Positions 54,548 to 63,518 are shown, numbered from the stretch's first letter. The stretch: DNA of 64,000 nt from Patescibacteria group bacterium (GCA_038064415.1 JBBTTD010000005.1:2149-66148), one strand, 5' to 3'. Notes: generated by a model from the sequence alone, not told the origin. Translations and numbers: made by a program.

Positions 54548-54563
54548 ATACCCCCTAGGGGTA
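54548..54563. promoter_or_regulatory. Candidate CsoR operator: GC-rich palindrome ATACCCCTAGGGGTAT
   Basis: Perfect 16-bp palindrome 6 nt upstream of the csoR start. Resembles known CsoR operators (ATACCC...GGGTAT-type). Confidence 0.65.
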
Positions 54564-54817
54564 TTAGTCAAGTCAGGGCTGTGAACAAGCAAAAAACTAT
54601 TCCATGGTTTGAAACTGTAATTTATATCCTGATATACTATTTTTTAGACTTATGGAAGAAATAAAGAGCTAGAGGTGCCGCCCAGTTTGCGAATCTTTCA
54701 ATAAAGTCAAACCAGGATTGTTCGACCAACGGCTTAATAACCACTCTATTTTTTTATCATTTGTCATATCATTTGTTAAATACTATTAGCAATCAATATC
54801 ACATCAAATCTGAAATA

Positions 54818-54855
54818 AAAAACCGAACTCCCTAAAAAGGCAGTCCGGTTGTTGT
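54818..54855 (-). terminator. Terminator hairpin for gene 54874-55692 (AACCGGACTGCC...GGGAGTTCGGTT followed by a T-run on the minus strand)
   Basis: Imperfect 10-12-bp stem followed by TTTTT in minus orientation. Confidence 0.5.
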
Positions 54856-54873
54856 GTGTTTCCTTGATACGGC

Positions 54874-55692
54874 TTATTCAGCCGACACCCTGAAGAACTT
54901 TTGAGGAACCGTGTCCAATGAGATGAGATTCAACGGAAACGAATACGAATTTGTATTAGCCCCTGGGTTACTTAAGCTCCAGTTCGTTGCGATCGGCACT
55001 CCGTTCGTATACCACACTTGCAATATACTAGCCGAACTTATCCATCCAGTTATCGAACACTCCTTCTGCCAGGTAACAGGATCGGCCAGGTTTGTGGTTG
55101 ACATTATGGTTGAAGCCATAAGAACAGTGTATGGCACTCCTAGCGGGTCATTGAACGCGCTGTTTGTCCTGGAGTATTCATAGATATTCCACATGTTTAC
55201 TCCAGTGGAAGCAGAATTCCACGATCCTCCATTTGTATCACCTGGGTTGCCGAGATAAAACATGATGCCAGGGAAGTCACCGCTCCCTGTCTGGGCTTCG
55301 TTAAGCTGGATCATCGCGCTTGCGCTGTGGTTTGTGTTCGTCCCCGGGTTAGGCGGAGGCGGGGGAGGGCTGGGTGGAGGAGGAAGAAGCTTGTCACAGA
55401 GCTTTTTCAAACCCCTGATGAGAATATACCCCACAACGATGATGACGGCAGCAATGGCAACGGCGTCACCGTATCCGCAAGAAGGTATTACATACGTCGG
55501 TGATATCGTTGAATTCAGACCGACATCTGTTCCAACAACATCAGTTGCCTCCGAGGATGGGGACGACCTTTCGATGATGGTCGCGTTTGTCGTTCCTTGA
55601 GCATGCATGGGCGACAGTGTCGCCATAATGCCCACAAGAAAAACGGTCACGACCTGACATTTCAGCGTCTTGGTGAACTTGAGCGTTTTCAC
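54874..55692 (-). CDS. Secreted/membrane hypothetical protein with polyproline linker (PPPPSPPPPPPNP)
   Basis: 272 aa. Signal peptide, TM segment, Pro-rich linker, Asn/Ser/Thr-rich C-terminal domain. Locally elevated GC. Confidence 0.55.
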   Translation of the reverse strand: MKTLKFTKTLKCQVVTVFLVGIMATLSPMHAQGTTNATIIERSSPSSEATDVVGTDVGLNSTISPTYVIPSCGYGDAVAIAAVIIVVGYILIRGLKKLCDKLLPPPPSPPPPPPNPGTNTNHSASAMIQLNEAQTGSGDFPGIMFYLGNPGDTNGGSWNSASTGVNMWNIYEYSRTNSAFNDPLGVPYTVLMASTIMSTTNLADPVTWQKECSITGWISSASILQVWYTNGVPIATNWSLSNPGANTNSYSFPLNLISLDTVPQKFFRVSAE

Positions 55693-56033
55693 TTGGTCAC
55701 CTCTTTCCGTTTACTGTCTGCGGTGGCACTAGAACCACCGAAAACAAGGGCCGCCCACGCCACCATAAAAGTAACGGCGTTTAGCATCACGTAGCCGCGA
55801 AGTATGCGGAATGGTTCATTCACAAAATAGGCGAGGTAAAAAATCGCCACTGTGTAGAGAATAAACCCTAAGAGAAACAATATGGCTCTTGTTCTCCCGC
55901 CATCCTTCCACCACCGGTTGAATTTAGACTCCTCTGACGAAGAGCCGTCTGTTTTCGTTTTCATATTTACCAACCTTTCGTTCAGTTTTTCCGTATTAGA
56001 CCTAGACGAAACCGCCACATGGCAGTAACACAT
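55689..56033 (-). CDS. Small membrane hypothetical protein
   Basis: 114 aa, 2 TM. 4-nt overlap with the downstream gene. Confidence 0.45.
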   Translation of the reverse strand: MCYCHVAVSSRSNTEKLNERLVNMKTKTDGSSSEESKFNRWWKDGGRTRAILFLLGFILYTVAIFYLAYFVNEPFRILRGYVMLNAVTFMVAWAALVFGGSSATADSKRKEVTK

Positions 56034-56223
56034 GTCAAAGATCTATTCCCCACCTCCGTTATACCTTAAGCGCAAGAAAAGTCAATAGTGTGAAAGTGAA
56101 TTCTAATCTGAAACGCAACACTTCTGCAGTAATGTAGTTGTATACCATGTTCCTAGTCTATTGGAAACTTCCATAAATTGGGTCGTATGGTGGATAGATT
56201 TAAAACTTGCTTGATATATAAAA

Positions 56224-56643
56224 TTATGACAAATCAATAATATATAAACTAATAAATTTCTCGACAGCATCGACTGTTGAGTCTTTAAGTTTTGCATTAC
56301 TTTCCGCTACCCATTTTGCAAAATTATATAATTCTTGATTACTTATTTTTAACCATTTAGCATTATCAACCAGAAAAAATAACATAGTAGAAACGGCGAT
56401 CCTTTTGTTACCATTTTGAAAAGGATGATTTTTTATCATCAAATAAAAAAGTATAGCGGTCTTTTTTACTAAACCTCGGTACAAATCCTTACCTCCAAAT
56501 CGTTGAAATGGTTGCACGAGACATCGCTCTAGTGCATTTGGATAACGAGTGACGAAATCAGGAATTGGCTCATCATATGCCATGAGCTTCTTTGCTAAAT
56601 CATAAGCAATATATTCAACATCAACGACTGATAATATTTTCAT
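56224..56643 (-). CDS. doc: Doc (death-on-curing) / Fic-family toxin
   Basis: 139 aa. Fic/Doc motif HPFQNGNKRIAV (HxFx[D/N]GNKR). Confidence 0.85.
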   Translation of the reverse strand: MKILSVVDVEYIAYDLAKKLMAYDEPIPDFVTRYPNALERCLVQPFQRFGGKDLYRGLVKKTAILFYLMIKNHPFQNGNKRIAVSTMLFFLVDNAKWLKISNQELYNFAKWVAESNAKLKDSTVDAVEKFISLYIIDLS

Positions 56644-56648
56644 GAAAA

Positions 56649-56906
56649 TTATTCTTTGCCCAACATTTTCAGAGCTTCTCCGTATTCTTTTACGGTCTTA
56701 TCTATAGATATCTCAATTTCCTTCTTTCTATTCGGAGACAAAATAACACCTAAAACTTCACTTAAATCTGATTGTTCAATAACATAATTACGACCAACTT
56801 TTTGGGCCTTAATTTCGCCACTTTTAATCTTCTTGAATACAGCAATACGACTAATACCAAGAACCTTGGCAACTCTGGCTGTTGAGAGCAATTCCTTATT
56901 TTTCAT
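56649..56906 (-). CDS. HTH (excisionase/MerR-like HTH_17) DNA-binding protein, probable antitoxin partner of Doc
   Basis: Start taken at internal MKNKELLSTARVAKVLGISRIAVFKKIKSGEIKAQKVGRNYVIE. The longer track ORF would run over the tRNA-His gene. Confidence 0.55.
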   Translation of the reverse strand: MKNKELLSTARVAKVLGISRIAVFKKIKSGEIKAQKVGRNYVIEQSDLSEVLGVILSPNRKKEIEISIDKTVKEYGEALKMLGKE

Positions 56907-56960
56907 GAGTAAAGTATATATTATGTTAACCAAGATTGCAATGGTTAACATAGAAAGCAT

Positions 56961-57036
56961 TGGGGGTGCCCAGCGGGAATCGGACCCGCAACGCCAGTTC
57001 CACAAACTGGGGTTTTACCACTAAACTATGGGCACC
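56961..57036 (-). tRNA. tRNA-His (anticodon GTG), CCA encoded
   Basis: Cloverleaf: acceptor GGTGCCC/GGGCACC, anticodon loop TTGTGGA, T-stem GCGGG/CCCGC, 3' CCCCA. Confidence 0.8.
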
Positions 57037-57210
57037 ATATAACAAACTGTTGTGCTAAACTAAATTACTAATATGTCGGCGCTTGCTCATTTATACCAGA
57101 TTTATGGTTACTTAGTCGAGCTAACGCATAGAACGACGACGATCTATTGAGAAACGCGATCGTCATGACCGGTACCCTATTTCGTGTCCACTTTATGGGG
57201 TCCAGATCAG

Positions 57211-57294
57211 TGCGCAGGAGAGGAATCGAACCTCCATACCCGAATGGGCGCTACCACCTCAAGGTAGTGCGTCTACCAGTTTCGCCACCTGCGC
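57211..57294 (-). tRNA. tRNA-Leu (anticodon GAG), long variable arm
   Basis: Acceptor GCGCAGG/CCTGCGC, anticodon stem-loop CTACC-TTGAGGT-GGTAG, T-loop GGTTCGATTCC, 84 nt. Confidence 0.8.
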
Positions 57295-57393
57295 ATTTTT
57301 GCTTAAAAATAAATCTACTAACTCTAGTAGATCTTCATCATATCGGAAGATTGATTTATTTTCTAGTATGGCTAGGGTTTTAAGCCCTAAATT

Positions 57394-57816
57394 TTAAACC
57401 TTAACGGGCTCCTCAACCTTTGGGGCTTCAGGGCTTTCAACAATTACTTCTTTATCTTTAACACTCAAGATGCGTCTCATTTGGTGACGAATTTCTTTTG
57501 CGGCCTTGCGACGAATGAAATAAAGCTTGGCGCGACGAACTTTTGAGCGACGAACGAGTTCAACTTCATCAATCATTGGAGAATAAAGCGGAAATGTGCG
57601 CTCAACTCCAATGCCACCGACAACTTTGCGAACAGTGAATGTCGCGCCAGCTTCACGACCGTGTTTATGAGACAAAACTAGTCCTTCAAAAGCTTGAAGG
57701 CGAAATTTGCCTTTATCTTCTTCAATCTTCTGCCAGACACGAACCAAATCGCCTGAACGAATATCAAGATTTTTACGCTCTTTCAGATCTACGGGAGTTA
57801 TTACCTTGGTTGCCAT
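57394..57816 (-). CDS. rplS: 50S ribosomal protein L19
   Basis: 140 aa. L19 signature (RSGDLVRV...[18 protein letters not shown]...RRAKLYF). Confidence 0.92.
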   Translation of the reverse strand: MATKVITPVDLKERKNLDIRSGDLVRVWQKIEEDKGKFRLQAFEGLVLSHKHGREAGATFTVRKVVGGIGVERTFPLYSPMIDEVELVRRSKVRRAKLYFIRRKAAKEIRHQMRRILSVKDKEVIVESPEAPKVEEPVKV

Positions 57817-57876
57817 AGTGGGAGTACATTATCATAGCAAAAGAAAATACTCAAGGAATAAATTACTAAGACTTGA

Positions 57877-58758
57877 TTATTCATGCTTAATTTTAATCCC
57901 AAACTTCTTACGGGCCTTCTCAAAATCTTTCGGCAAAGGTGCCTCAACTTTGACATGTTTCCCCCCTAAACTCTCAAATTCTATAGATTGAGCATGGAGT
58001 GCGGTACGCTTGAAACCAAGTGCCATTGGCCTTTTGGGAGCATAGAGGGTATCTCCTACAACGGGATGGTTAATTGCCATAAAATGAACTCTGATCTGAT
58101 GTGTCCTGCCTGTTTTTGGTTCAACTTCAACTAATGAAAACTTCTCCATTTCTCCATTCAATTCATTGTGAGTTTCCGCTGGGGCCCGCTCTTTACTCCA
58201 ATCGGGGGCAGGAATGACAAAAGAGGCTAATCTAGTCCAATATGTTTCCGCCTCACGCATCTCACCACGAGCCCCTCTCTGTGCCGACCATTTGCGAAAA
58301 TCAGAATTACTTCTGCCGATCGGCCGACTGATGGTTCCAAACTCTTCATCAAGTTTGCCCCAAACAAAAGCTAGGTATTTTTTTATCATTGCCCGATCTC
58401 GAAATTGTTTCTTTAAATTAGCATGTCCTTCAACTGTTTTAGCAATCACCAAAACCCCAGAAGTTTCTCGATCAAGTCTATGAACTATTCCTGGACGAAG
58501 TATCGGTGTGCCATCAGGTGTGCGTGTGTGTTCCCCAACATTTGCAGTATCAGGAAATTTTTTAATGATCCAATCGGTCAGAAATGGTCCGGAGTCACGA
58601 CCATCTGGATGAATGATCAGTCCAGCGGGTTTGTTGATTACTACGCAATCATCATCCTCATAGAGAATTTCAATTTTGGGTATTTTTAGCAATTTATTGC
58701 TCATTACATGAATATACGCTAATCTAAGATAGTTCACAAGAAATTTATCCATGCGCAA
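57877..58758 (-). CDS. RluA-family pseudouridine synthase
   Basis: 293 aa. Catalytic HRLDRETSGVLV motif and KPAGLIIHP. Confidence 0.88.
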   Translation of the reverse strand: MRMDKFLVNYLRLAYIHVMSNKLLKIPKIEILYEDDDCVVINKPAGLIIHPDGRDSGPFLTDWIIKKFPDTANVGEHTRTPDGTPILRPGIVHRLDRETSGVLVIAKTVEGHANLKKQFRDRAMIKKYLAFVWGKLDEEFGTISRPIGRSNSDFRKWSAQRGARGEMREAETYWTRLASFVIPAPDWSKERAPAETHNELNGEMEKFSLVEVEPKTGRTHQIRVHFMAINHPVVGDTLYAPKRPMALGFKRTALHAQSIEFESLGGKHVKVEAPLPKDFEKARKKFGIKIKHE

Positions 58759-58803
58759 TTAGCTGTTTTGGTAGGTATCAAATGGAATTGACAATACATA
58801 CAT

Positions 58804-58879
58804 GCGCCCTTAGCTCAGTTGGTAGAGCAACCCATTTACACTGGGAAGGTCAGGAGTTCGAATCTCTTAGGGCGCACCA
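58804..58879 (+). tRNA. tRNA-Val (anticodon TAC), CCA encoded
   Basis: Acceptor GCGCCCT/AGGGCGC, D-arm TAGCTCAGTTGGTAGAGCA, anticodon loop TTTACAC, T-loop GGTTCGAATC. Confidence 0.88.
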
Positions 58880-58881
58880 AA

Positions 58882-58916
58882 ACCAAAAATCTTCCTCTCG
58901 TGGGAAGATTTTTGGT
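58882..58916 (+). terminator. Intrinsic terminator after tRNA-Val (ACCAAAAATCTTCC...GGAAGATTTTTGGT)
   Basis: 14-bp perfect stem with an embedded U-tract. Confidence 0.6.
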
Positions 58917-58946
58917 TACTCAATTTTGTGAATTTGTAACTTACAC

Positions 58947-59315
58947 CTACATCTGCGGTGCAGATGAGGAAACAGAACTTCCCTTTGAACTAAATCCGAC
59001 AATTGCGACGACAACACCTACAATGAGGTAGACCCAGTTTGTCGCGGAATCAGTGACAAAAGCTCCAAACAAAACTGAACTTCCTTGGACCAAACCAAGA
59101 ATCGCGATTACCACATAGATAATTCCAACCGTCTTCAGGGCGGTTGCTACTGAAGGTTTTGAAGCTAGAAGTAGTAATACTATACCCACAATGATATGAA
59201 CAATGCTACTCAAAGCATCCGCGACAATAAAGCCGAGAACTGGAGTAGCAAAAAAGCCCCAGATACCGACAATCACAAAGATGACACCCAAGACAAAAGA
59301 TAATGTTTTTGCCAT
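58947..59315 (-). CDS. Small 4-TM membrane protein (DUF4383-like)
   Basis: 122-aa highly hydrophobic ORF. Confidence 0.55.
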   Translation of the reverse strand: MAKTLSFVLGVIFVIVGIWGFFATPVLGFIVADALSSIVHIIVGIVLLLLASKPSVATALKTVGIIYVVIAILGLVQGSSVLFGAFVTDSATNWVYLIVGVVVAIVGFSSKGSSVSSSAPQM

Positions 59316-59420
59316 ATTATTTTACTATTAATTTATAATGCCATTGACCAACTATATTATATGCTGTATTGAGATATTAGAAAACAGGACAATCCACAGG
59401 TCGTTTTGTTCACTTAACTT

Positions 59421-59470
59421 GTCCCCTCGGTTGGAATCGATCAACATTCACGGCTTTTATGTTCCTGTGG
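59421..59470 (-). pseudogene. Degenerate partial copy of the tRNA-Arg 3' half
   Basis: GTCCCCTCGGTTGGAATCGA identical to the 3' acceptor/T-arm of tRNA-Arg at 59496-59567, then diverges. Confidence 0.5.
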
Positions 59471-59495
59471 AGTATCAAGTGCTTACAAATTCTTG

Positions 59496-59567
59496 TCCCC
59501 TCGGTTGGAATCGAACCAACATCGACGGCTTAGAAGTCCGCAGTTCTATCCATTGAACTACGAGGGG
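59496..59567 (-). tRNA. tRNA-Arg (anticodon TCT)
   Basis: Acceptor CCCCTCG/CGAGGGG, D-stem GTTC/GAAC, anticodon loop CTTCTAA, T-arm GTTGG-TTCGATT-CCAAC. 72 nt, no CCA encoded. Confidence 0.75.
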
Positions 59568-59603
59568 AAATATTCAAAATACTAACACAAATTGCTTAAA
59601 ACC

Positions 59604-59637
59604 GGCTTCATGTCCGCAGTTCTATCCATTGAACTAC
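59604..59637 (-). pseudogene. Exact duplicate of the 5' 32 nt of tRNA-Arg (acceptor 5' strand through anticodon stem)
   Basis: GTCCGCAGTTCTATCCATTGAACTACGAGGGG repeated 36 nt upstream of the intact gene. Confidence 0.55.
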
Positions 59638-59712
59638 GAGGGGTCATCATATTGATAACTAAGACACAATAACCGACAACCAAACAACACACAAGTCCAT
59701 TGTTTGATTATT

Positions 59713-60057
59713 TCACAAAGACGGATCAGACATACGCGCGCTTCCTTGAATTATATTCGTTCTTTCCGTACCGCGATTATTAAATTCCTTTAATATTTTA
59801 GAAAGAGAATTAGAGTTAAATATCGTATTGGACTTGAACTCCGAACTTGATTCTGGTCGCGACAATCTATCACTAATTTTACTATAAGCGATATACCCAA
59901 GAACTACGAAAACCCCAGATACGATTGAAGAGATGACGATCAATAACAACCAACCAAGATAAGGGTCAGTCAATACCCGACGAATGAATGGGTCGCGATG
60001 ATCCCTGGAAGAGGTGTGTCGGCGAGAATGATGTCGCGTAAAAGAAAATATAGGCAT
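59713..60057 (-). CDS. Hypothetical single-TM protein (possible pilus-assembly accessory)
   Basis: 114 aa. Basic His/Arg-rich N-terminus, one TM. Directly downstream of a PilO-like gene. Confidence 0.4.
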   Translation of the reverse strand: MPIFSFTRHHSRRHTSSRDHRDPFIRRVLTDPYLGWLLLIVISSIVSGVFVVLGYIAYSKISDRLSRPESSSEFKSNTIFNSNSLSKILKEFNNRGTERTNIIQGSARMSDPSL

Positions 60058-60071
60058 GATTTTATTATATG

Positions 60072-60629
60072 TTAATTCGCGTCATGGATAGTTGTGGCTT
60101 TGAGGACAAAAGACAGATTCCACTCTCTAGAAAGATTTTTTGGATCTGACGAACCTGAAGAGTTGAGACGAACATTACTTATAGAAATTTTGTAAGGAAG
60201 CACCTCGGCTAACATCAAAGTTCTTATAACCGCCGACCAAGATCCTTGGACTTGCACACCCGCATTGATAAAGCCAAATTTGCCATTTTGGCCACTAGGA
60301 TCAATGCTATCAATAGACGAGAGCACGACTCTACTACCAGTACGACCACCGAGAGATTCAATGGTCTCTATAAAAGAAACCGTATCTGAATCTTTTACAA
60401 AAAATGAAAAAACACTAGCACGGTCTGTGGCTGTTTTTTCATATAAAGATGTTAACTCTTTTTGTTCTTGTTTGTATGATTCATTTTTTGCTAATGTACT
60501 TCTAACAGTCAGTGCGTCTGCAAGTGAGACATTGACGCGATAATTCATATATCCGTAAAGCGTATAGACAAAAAGCGTGACGGAGAACGCGATAATTAGC
60601 AAAGCTATGTGATTATGATGCCTCTTCAT
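60072..60629 (-). CDS. PilO-like type IV pilus assembly protein
   Basis: 185 aa. N-terminal TM then periplasmic domain. Position after PilM- and PilN-like genes; 4-nt overlap with the upstream ORF. Confidence 0.5.
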   Translation of the reverse strand: MKRHHNHIALLIIAFSVTLFVYTLYGYMNYRVNVSLADALTVRSTLAKNESYKQEQKELTSLYEKTATDRASVFSFFVKDSDTVSFIETIESLGGRTGSRVVLSSIDSIDPSGQNGKFGFINAGVQVQGSWSAVIRTLMLAEVLPYKISISNVRLNSSGSSDPKNLSREWNLSFVLKATTIHDAN

Positions 60630-61168
60630 TGTAAAGATTTAATTACTTTTAACGAAAATGAGATATCTTTGTTTTTAGCCAATCCAGAGATAGGCAGATC
60701 GACTTTATTGCCTTTGTTCAGAGTCTCCAACCTAGTCTTAAATGAAATCAACGATTCGCGAGTCGGGGCAGTGCCTGACAAAAAAATCGTGGCCGTGGAA
60801 GTTGAAATACTTTCAAACCTGATGGAATCAATTGAGATTGGTCCGCGAGCACTGGTGATTTGTTCTATCAGATCAGAATAACGTATTGATGAAAAACTCT
60901 CTGAAAGAGAATTAATCAATAACATATCGGAACGCAATTCTTTTTCAATCCCTAAAATTTCGCTTATGTTTTTATCTTTTCCCGACGAAACAATGGTATC
61001 GTTTATTGAACTCCCCTCAATGTAGACATAAATATAAGCTGGAAAAAGAGAGCAGACACCGACCAGTCCAGTGGCCGCCAACAAAAATAAAGCAACAACG
61101 GCAATATGATAGAGATACTCTTTTTTGAATATTTTCTGCTCTTGAATTGGTAGGAAACTATGTCGCAT
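60626..61168 (-). CDS. PilN-like type IV pilus assembly protein
   Basis: 180 aa. Short cytoplasmic N-terminus, one TM, periplasmic domain. Follows the PilM-like gene. Confidence 0.55.
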   Translation of the reverse strand: MRHSFLPIQEQKIFKKEYLYHIAVVALFLLAATGLVGVCSLFPAYIYVYIEGSSINDTIVSSGKDKNISEILGIEKELRSDMLLINSLSESFSSIRYSDLIEQITSARGPISIDSIRFESISTSTATIFLSGTAPTRESLISFKTRLETLNKGNKVDLPISGLAKNKDISFSLKVIKSLQ

Positions 61169-61180
61169 AAAAGTACTTAA

Positions 61181-62149
61181 TTATAAAGCCAATCCCGCGG
61201 CGATGGCATACTCAAGTGATTGCGCTTTGGTAATCGCGGGAATATATTTATTGATATTAAAAGCGTTGTGCCAGACATCAGGAAGAGCGCTCCGTGGAAT
61301 TATTTCACTATTTTGATTACGAATCAGAGATTCGCATTCCTTGGCGCGAGAACCGACGACAATCACTTCTGATATATCGGAATGCACATCGCTACGCGTG
61401 GTCCAATATGAATAGACTTTGTTGATCTCATTCATTATGGTATTTATTGAAAAATCGGAGATTTTTGTCAAAGGAATCTCGTCACTACCCCATGAAATCG
61501 TAGACGTAAAACAGACTACTCCTTCAGAAACAATATAAAAGCCGGTTTTCTTTTTCATAATATGTACGACAAGCTGGGTACTGTTGGAATTGTGAGAGAC
61601 ATATGAAAGTACAATTGACTTTGGTACTACCTCAAAAGCAACGGGAAACGCGCCGGTGGCGCGAATAAGGGCGACATAATGCTCAATATATGTTCTTGGC
61701 ACAACCGAAACGCTGGCACGAAGTAAATTACCGACTACGGTTTGCGGCATAAGATCAAATTGGAATAACGCGTCTGGAGCGGAAAGTGGAACATTTTGAT
61801 CCAATTTGAATTCAATGTTTTGAGCAATTGATTTAAAATCTAAACTCTGAACATCAGTCTGAAATAAATAGGCCTTTTCTTCTGGAATAGAAACCTTCAC
61901 ATACAAAAGATTATTTTTTGCGATAAAATCCGACAGGATAGTAGAAAATTCTTTTTCATCCTTGATTTCTCCGTTTTCCACAAGACCAACGGGAAATTCT
62001 TGGCTGGCGAACTTGGAAATGGTCAATCCATGATAATTTCTGCGATATTCAATACACCTGATTCCATCATCGGATATGTCCAGACCTGCGTGTTGCATGA
62101 CCAGAAACGCTGGGGGCGGAAAGAGTTTGAAAAATAACGAGCTTTGCAT
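61181..62149 (-). CDS. pilM: PilM-like type IV pilus assembly protein (actin-like ATPase fold)
   Basis: 322 aa. N-terminal AGLDISDDGIRCIEYRR resembles the PilM/FtsA phosphate-1 motif. Confidence 0.65.
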   Translation of the reverse strand: MQSSLFFKLFPPPAFLVMQHAGLDISDDGIRCIEYRRNYHGLTISKFASQEFPVGLVENGEIKDEKEFSTILSDFIAKNNLLYVKVSIPEEKAYLFQTDVQSLDFKSIAQNIEFKLDQNVPLSAPDALFQFDLMPQTVVGNLLRASVSVVPRTYIEHYVALIRATGAFPVAFEVVPKSIVLSYVSHNSNSTQLVVHIMKKKTGFYIVSEGVVCFTSTISWGSDEIPLTKISDFSINTIMNEINKVYSYWTTRSDVHSDISEVIVVGSRAKECESLIRNQNSEIIPRSALPDVWHNAFNINKYIPAITKAQSLEYAIAAGLAL

Positions 62150-62269
62150 GCTCTAATTGTAACGCAAAAATTGAGAAATATGAAATCTATACCCACATCG
62201 CTCGGCAAATATCTTGATTTTTCAAGCCCGCGGAAACTCAGTGGACGATTTGGCAAAATATTTGCCAAG

Positions 62270-62890
62270 CTATTTAAGTCTCTTTAGACCCTCCTTAAAT
62301 ATCTCCTTCAAGGCCGGGGCGGCGGAAGTCAAAATAATTATTATAACTATTGGAATAACATAGCAATCTGGATTTGGAATAAGTGCTCCAAGTCCATATC
62401 CAAGCCATAGCATGAGCCACGTCCAAAGGAAACCACCGATAATATTAAAAGCAAGAAATGTTTGATATTTCATTGTGCCAATCCCAGCCACGATCGGCGC
62501 AAATGTCCTTATGATGGGAATAAAGCGTGATAAAATAATCGTTTTTTTGCCGTACTTTTCGTAAAAATGTTGAGCACGAACTATATACTTTTTGTTAAAT
62601 AACAATGAATCTTCGCGAGTAGAGAGCGCGGGGCCAATTTTCTTTCCAAAAGCATATCCGAGTGAGTCCCCGATCACTGCGGCTAGAAAAGTCCCAATCA
62701 ATAGCCAAGAAAATGACACATAACCTTGTGAAGCCAGGAATCCGGCGGTAAATAAAAGTGAGTCTCCGGGAAAAAAGAAGCCAAAAAATAATCCCGTTTC
62801 AATAAAAATTATCAAAATCACACCTAGAGTACCGAGGGTGGTGATTAAAATTTTTGGTTCAAGTAGAATTTGAAAGAATTCGGTAGTCAT
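62270..62890 (-). CDS. DedA-family (VTT/SNARE-associated) membrane protein
   Basis: 206 aa. DedA signature region FIETGLFFGFFFPGDSLLF...RFIPIIRTFAPIVAG. Confidence 0.85.
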   Translation of the reverse strand: MTTEFFQILLEPKILITTLGTLGVILIIFIETGLFFGFFFPGDSLLFTAGFLASQGYVSFSWLLIGTFLAAVIGDSLGYAFGKKIGPALSTREDSLLFNKKYIVRAQHFYEKYGKKTIILSRFIPIIRTFAPIVAGIGTMKYQTFLAFNIIGGFLWTWLMLWLGYGLGALIPNPDCYVIPIVIIIILTSAAPALKEIFKEGLKRLK

Positions 62891-63271
62891 TTAATTTTTT
62901 TGTCTATCCAGATAGCTCTGTAATATCAACGCCGCCGCTGACGCATCACTCATATTATTCTTACCTTGAAATCTTTCAGCTTGAACACTGGTCATAAATT
63001 CTAATTCCAAATAAACAATAAATCCGACCTTCTCTAATTCTTTTTTGAATTCATCGGCTTCTTCAAAAATAGCATTTGGTTGCTGTCTATAATTGCGCGA
63101 CTCTCCTATCACAATTTCTTTGACCTCGTGTTGTTTCGCGATCTCTATTATTTCTTTCACCGCCACATCACTATTTTGCACAACTACCAAAGGTAAAGCG
63201 AACTTGCGTGATTCGTCAGAGACCGCGACTCCGATTCGCTTTGTGCCGTAGTCTATTCCGAGAATTTTCAT
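62891..63271 (-). CDS. ruvX: Holliday-junction resolvase-like RuvX/YqgF
   Basis: 126 aa. MKILGIDYGTKRIGVAVSD N-terminus typical of YqgF/RuvX. Confidence 0.88.
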   Translation of the reverse strand: MKILGIDYGTKRIGVAVSDESRKFALPLVVVQNSDVAVKEIIEIAKQHEVKEIVIGESRNYRQQPNAIFEEADEFKKELEKVGFIVYLELEFMTSVQAERFQGKNNMSDASAAALILQSYLDRQKN

Positions 63272-63378
63272 AACTTAACAATATCATACAATTATCATAA
63301 ATGTGTTGCGAAACAACGGTTTTTCCTTTATGATTGGGAAACTGATTTGCCTAAGCTAAATTGAGTAAGGCTAAACAG

Positions 63379-63468
63379 GGATGGGTGCCGGAGTGGTCTA
63401 ACGGAACAGTCTTGAAAACTGTCGTCCTCGAAAGGGGACCGTGAGTTCAAATCTCACCCCATCCGCCA
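63379..63468 (+). tRNA. tRNA-Ser (anticodon TGA), long variable arm, CCA encoded
   Basis: Acceptor GGATGGG/CCCATCC, anticodon stem-loop ACAGT-CTTGAAA-ACTGT, T-arm GTGAG-TTCAAAT-CTCAC. Confidence 0.85.
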
Positions 63469-63518
63469 TTGATCTATACTATTCACACCATAAAAATAAT
63501 TAATGCTATAATTGTCCT

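Noticed and set aside
56649-57005. Full-length 118-aa ORF upstream of doc
   Set aside because: Its first 33 codons overlap the well-folded tRNA-His gene. The HTH domain starts at the internal Met (nt 56906), so the shorter ORF is reported.
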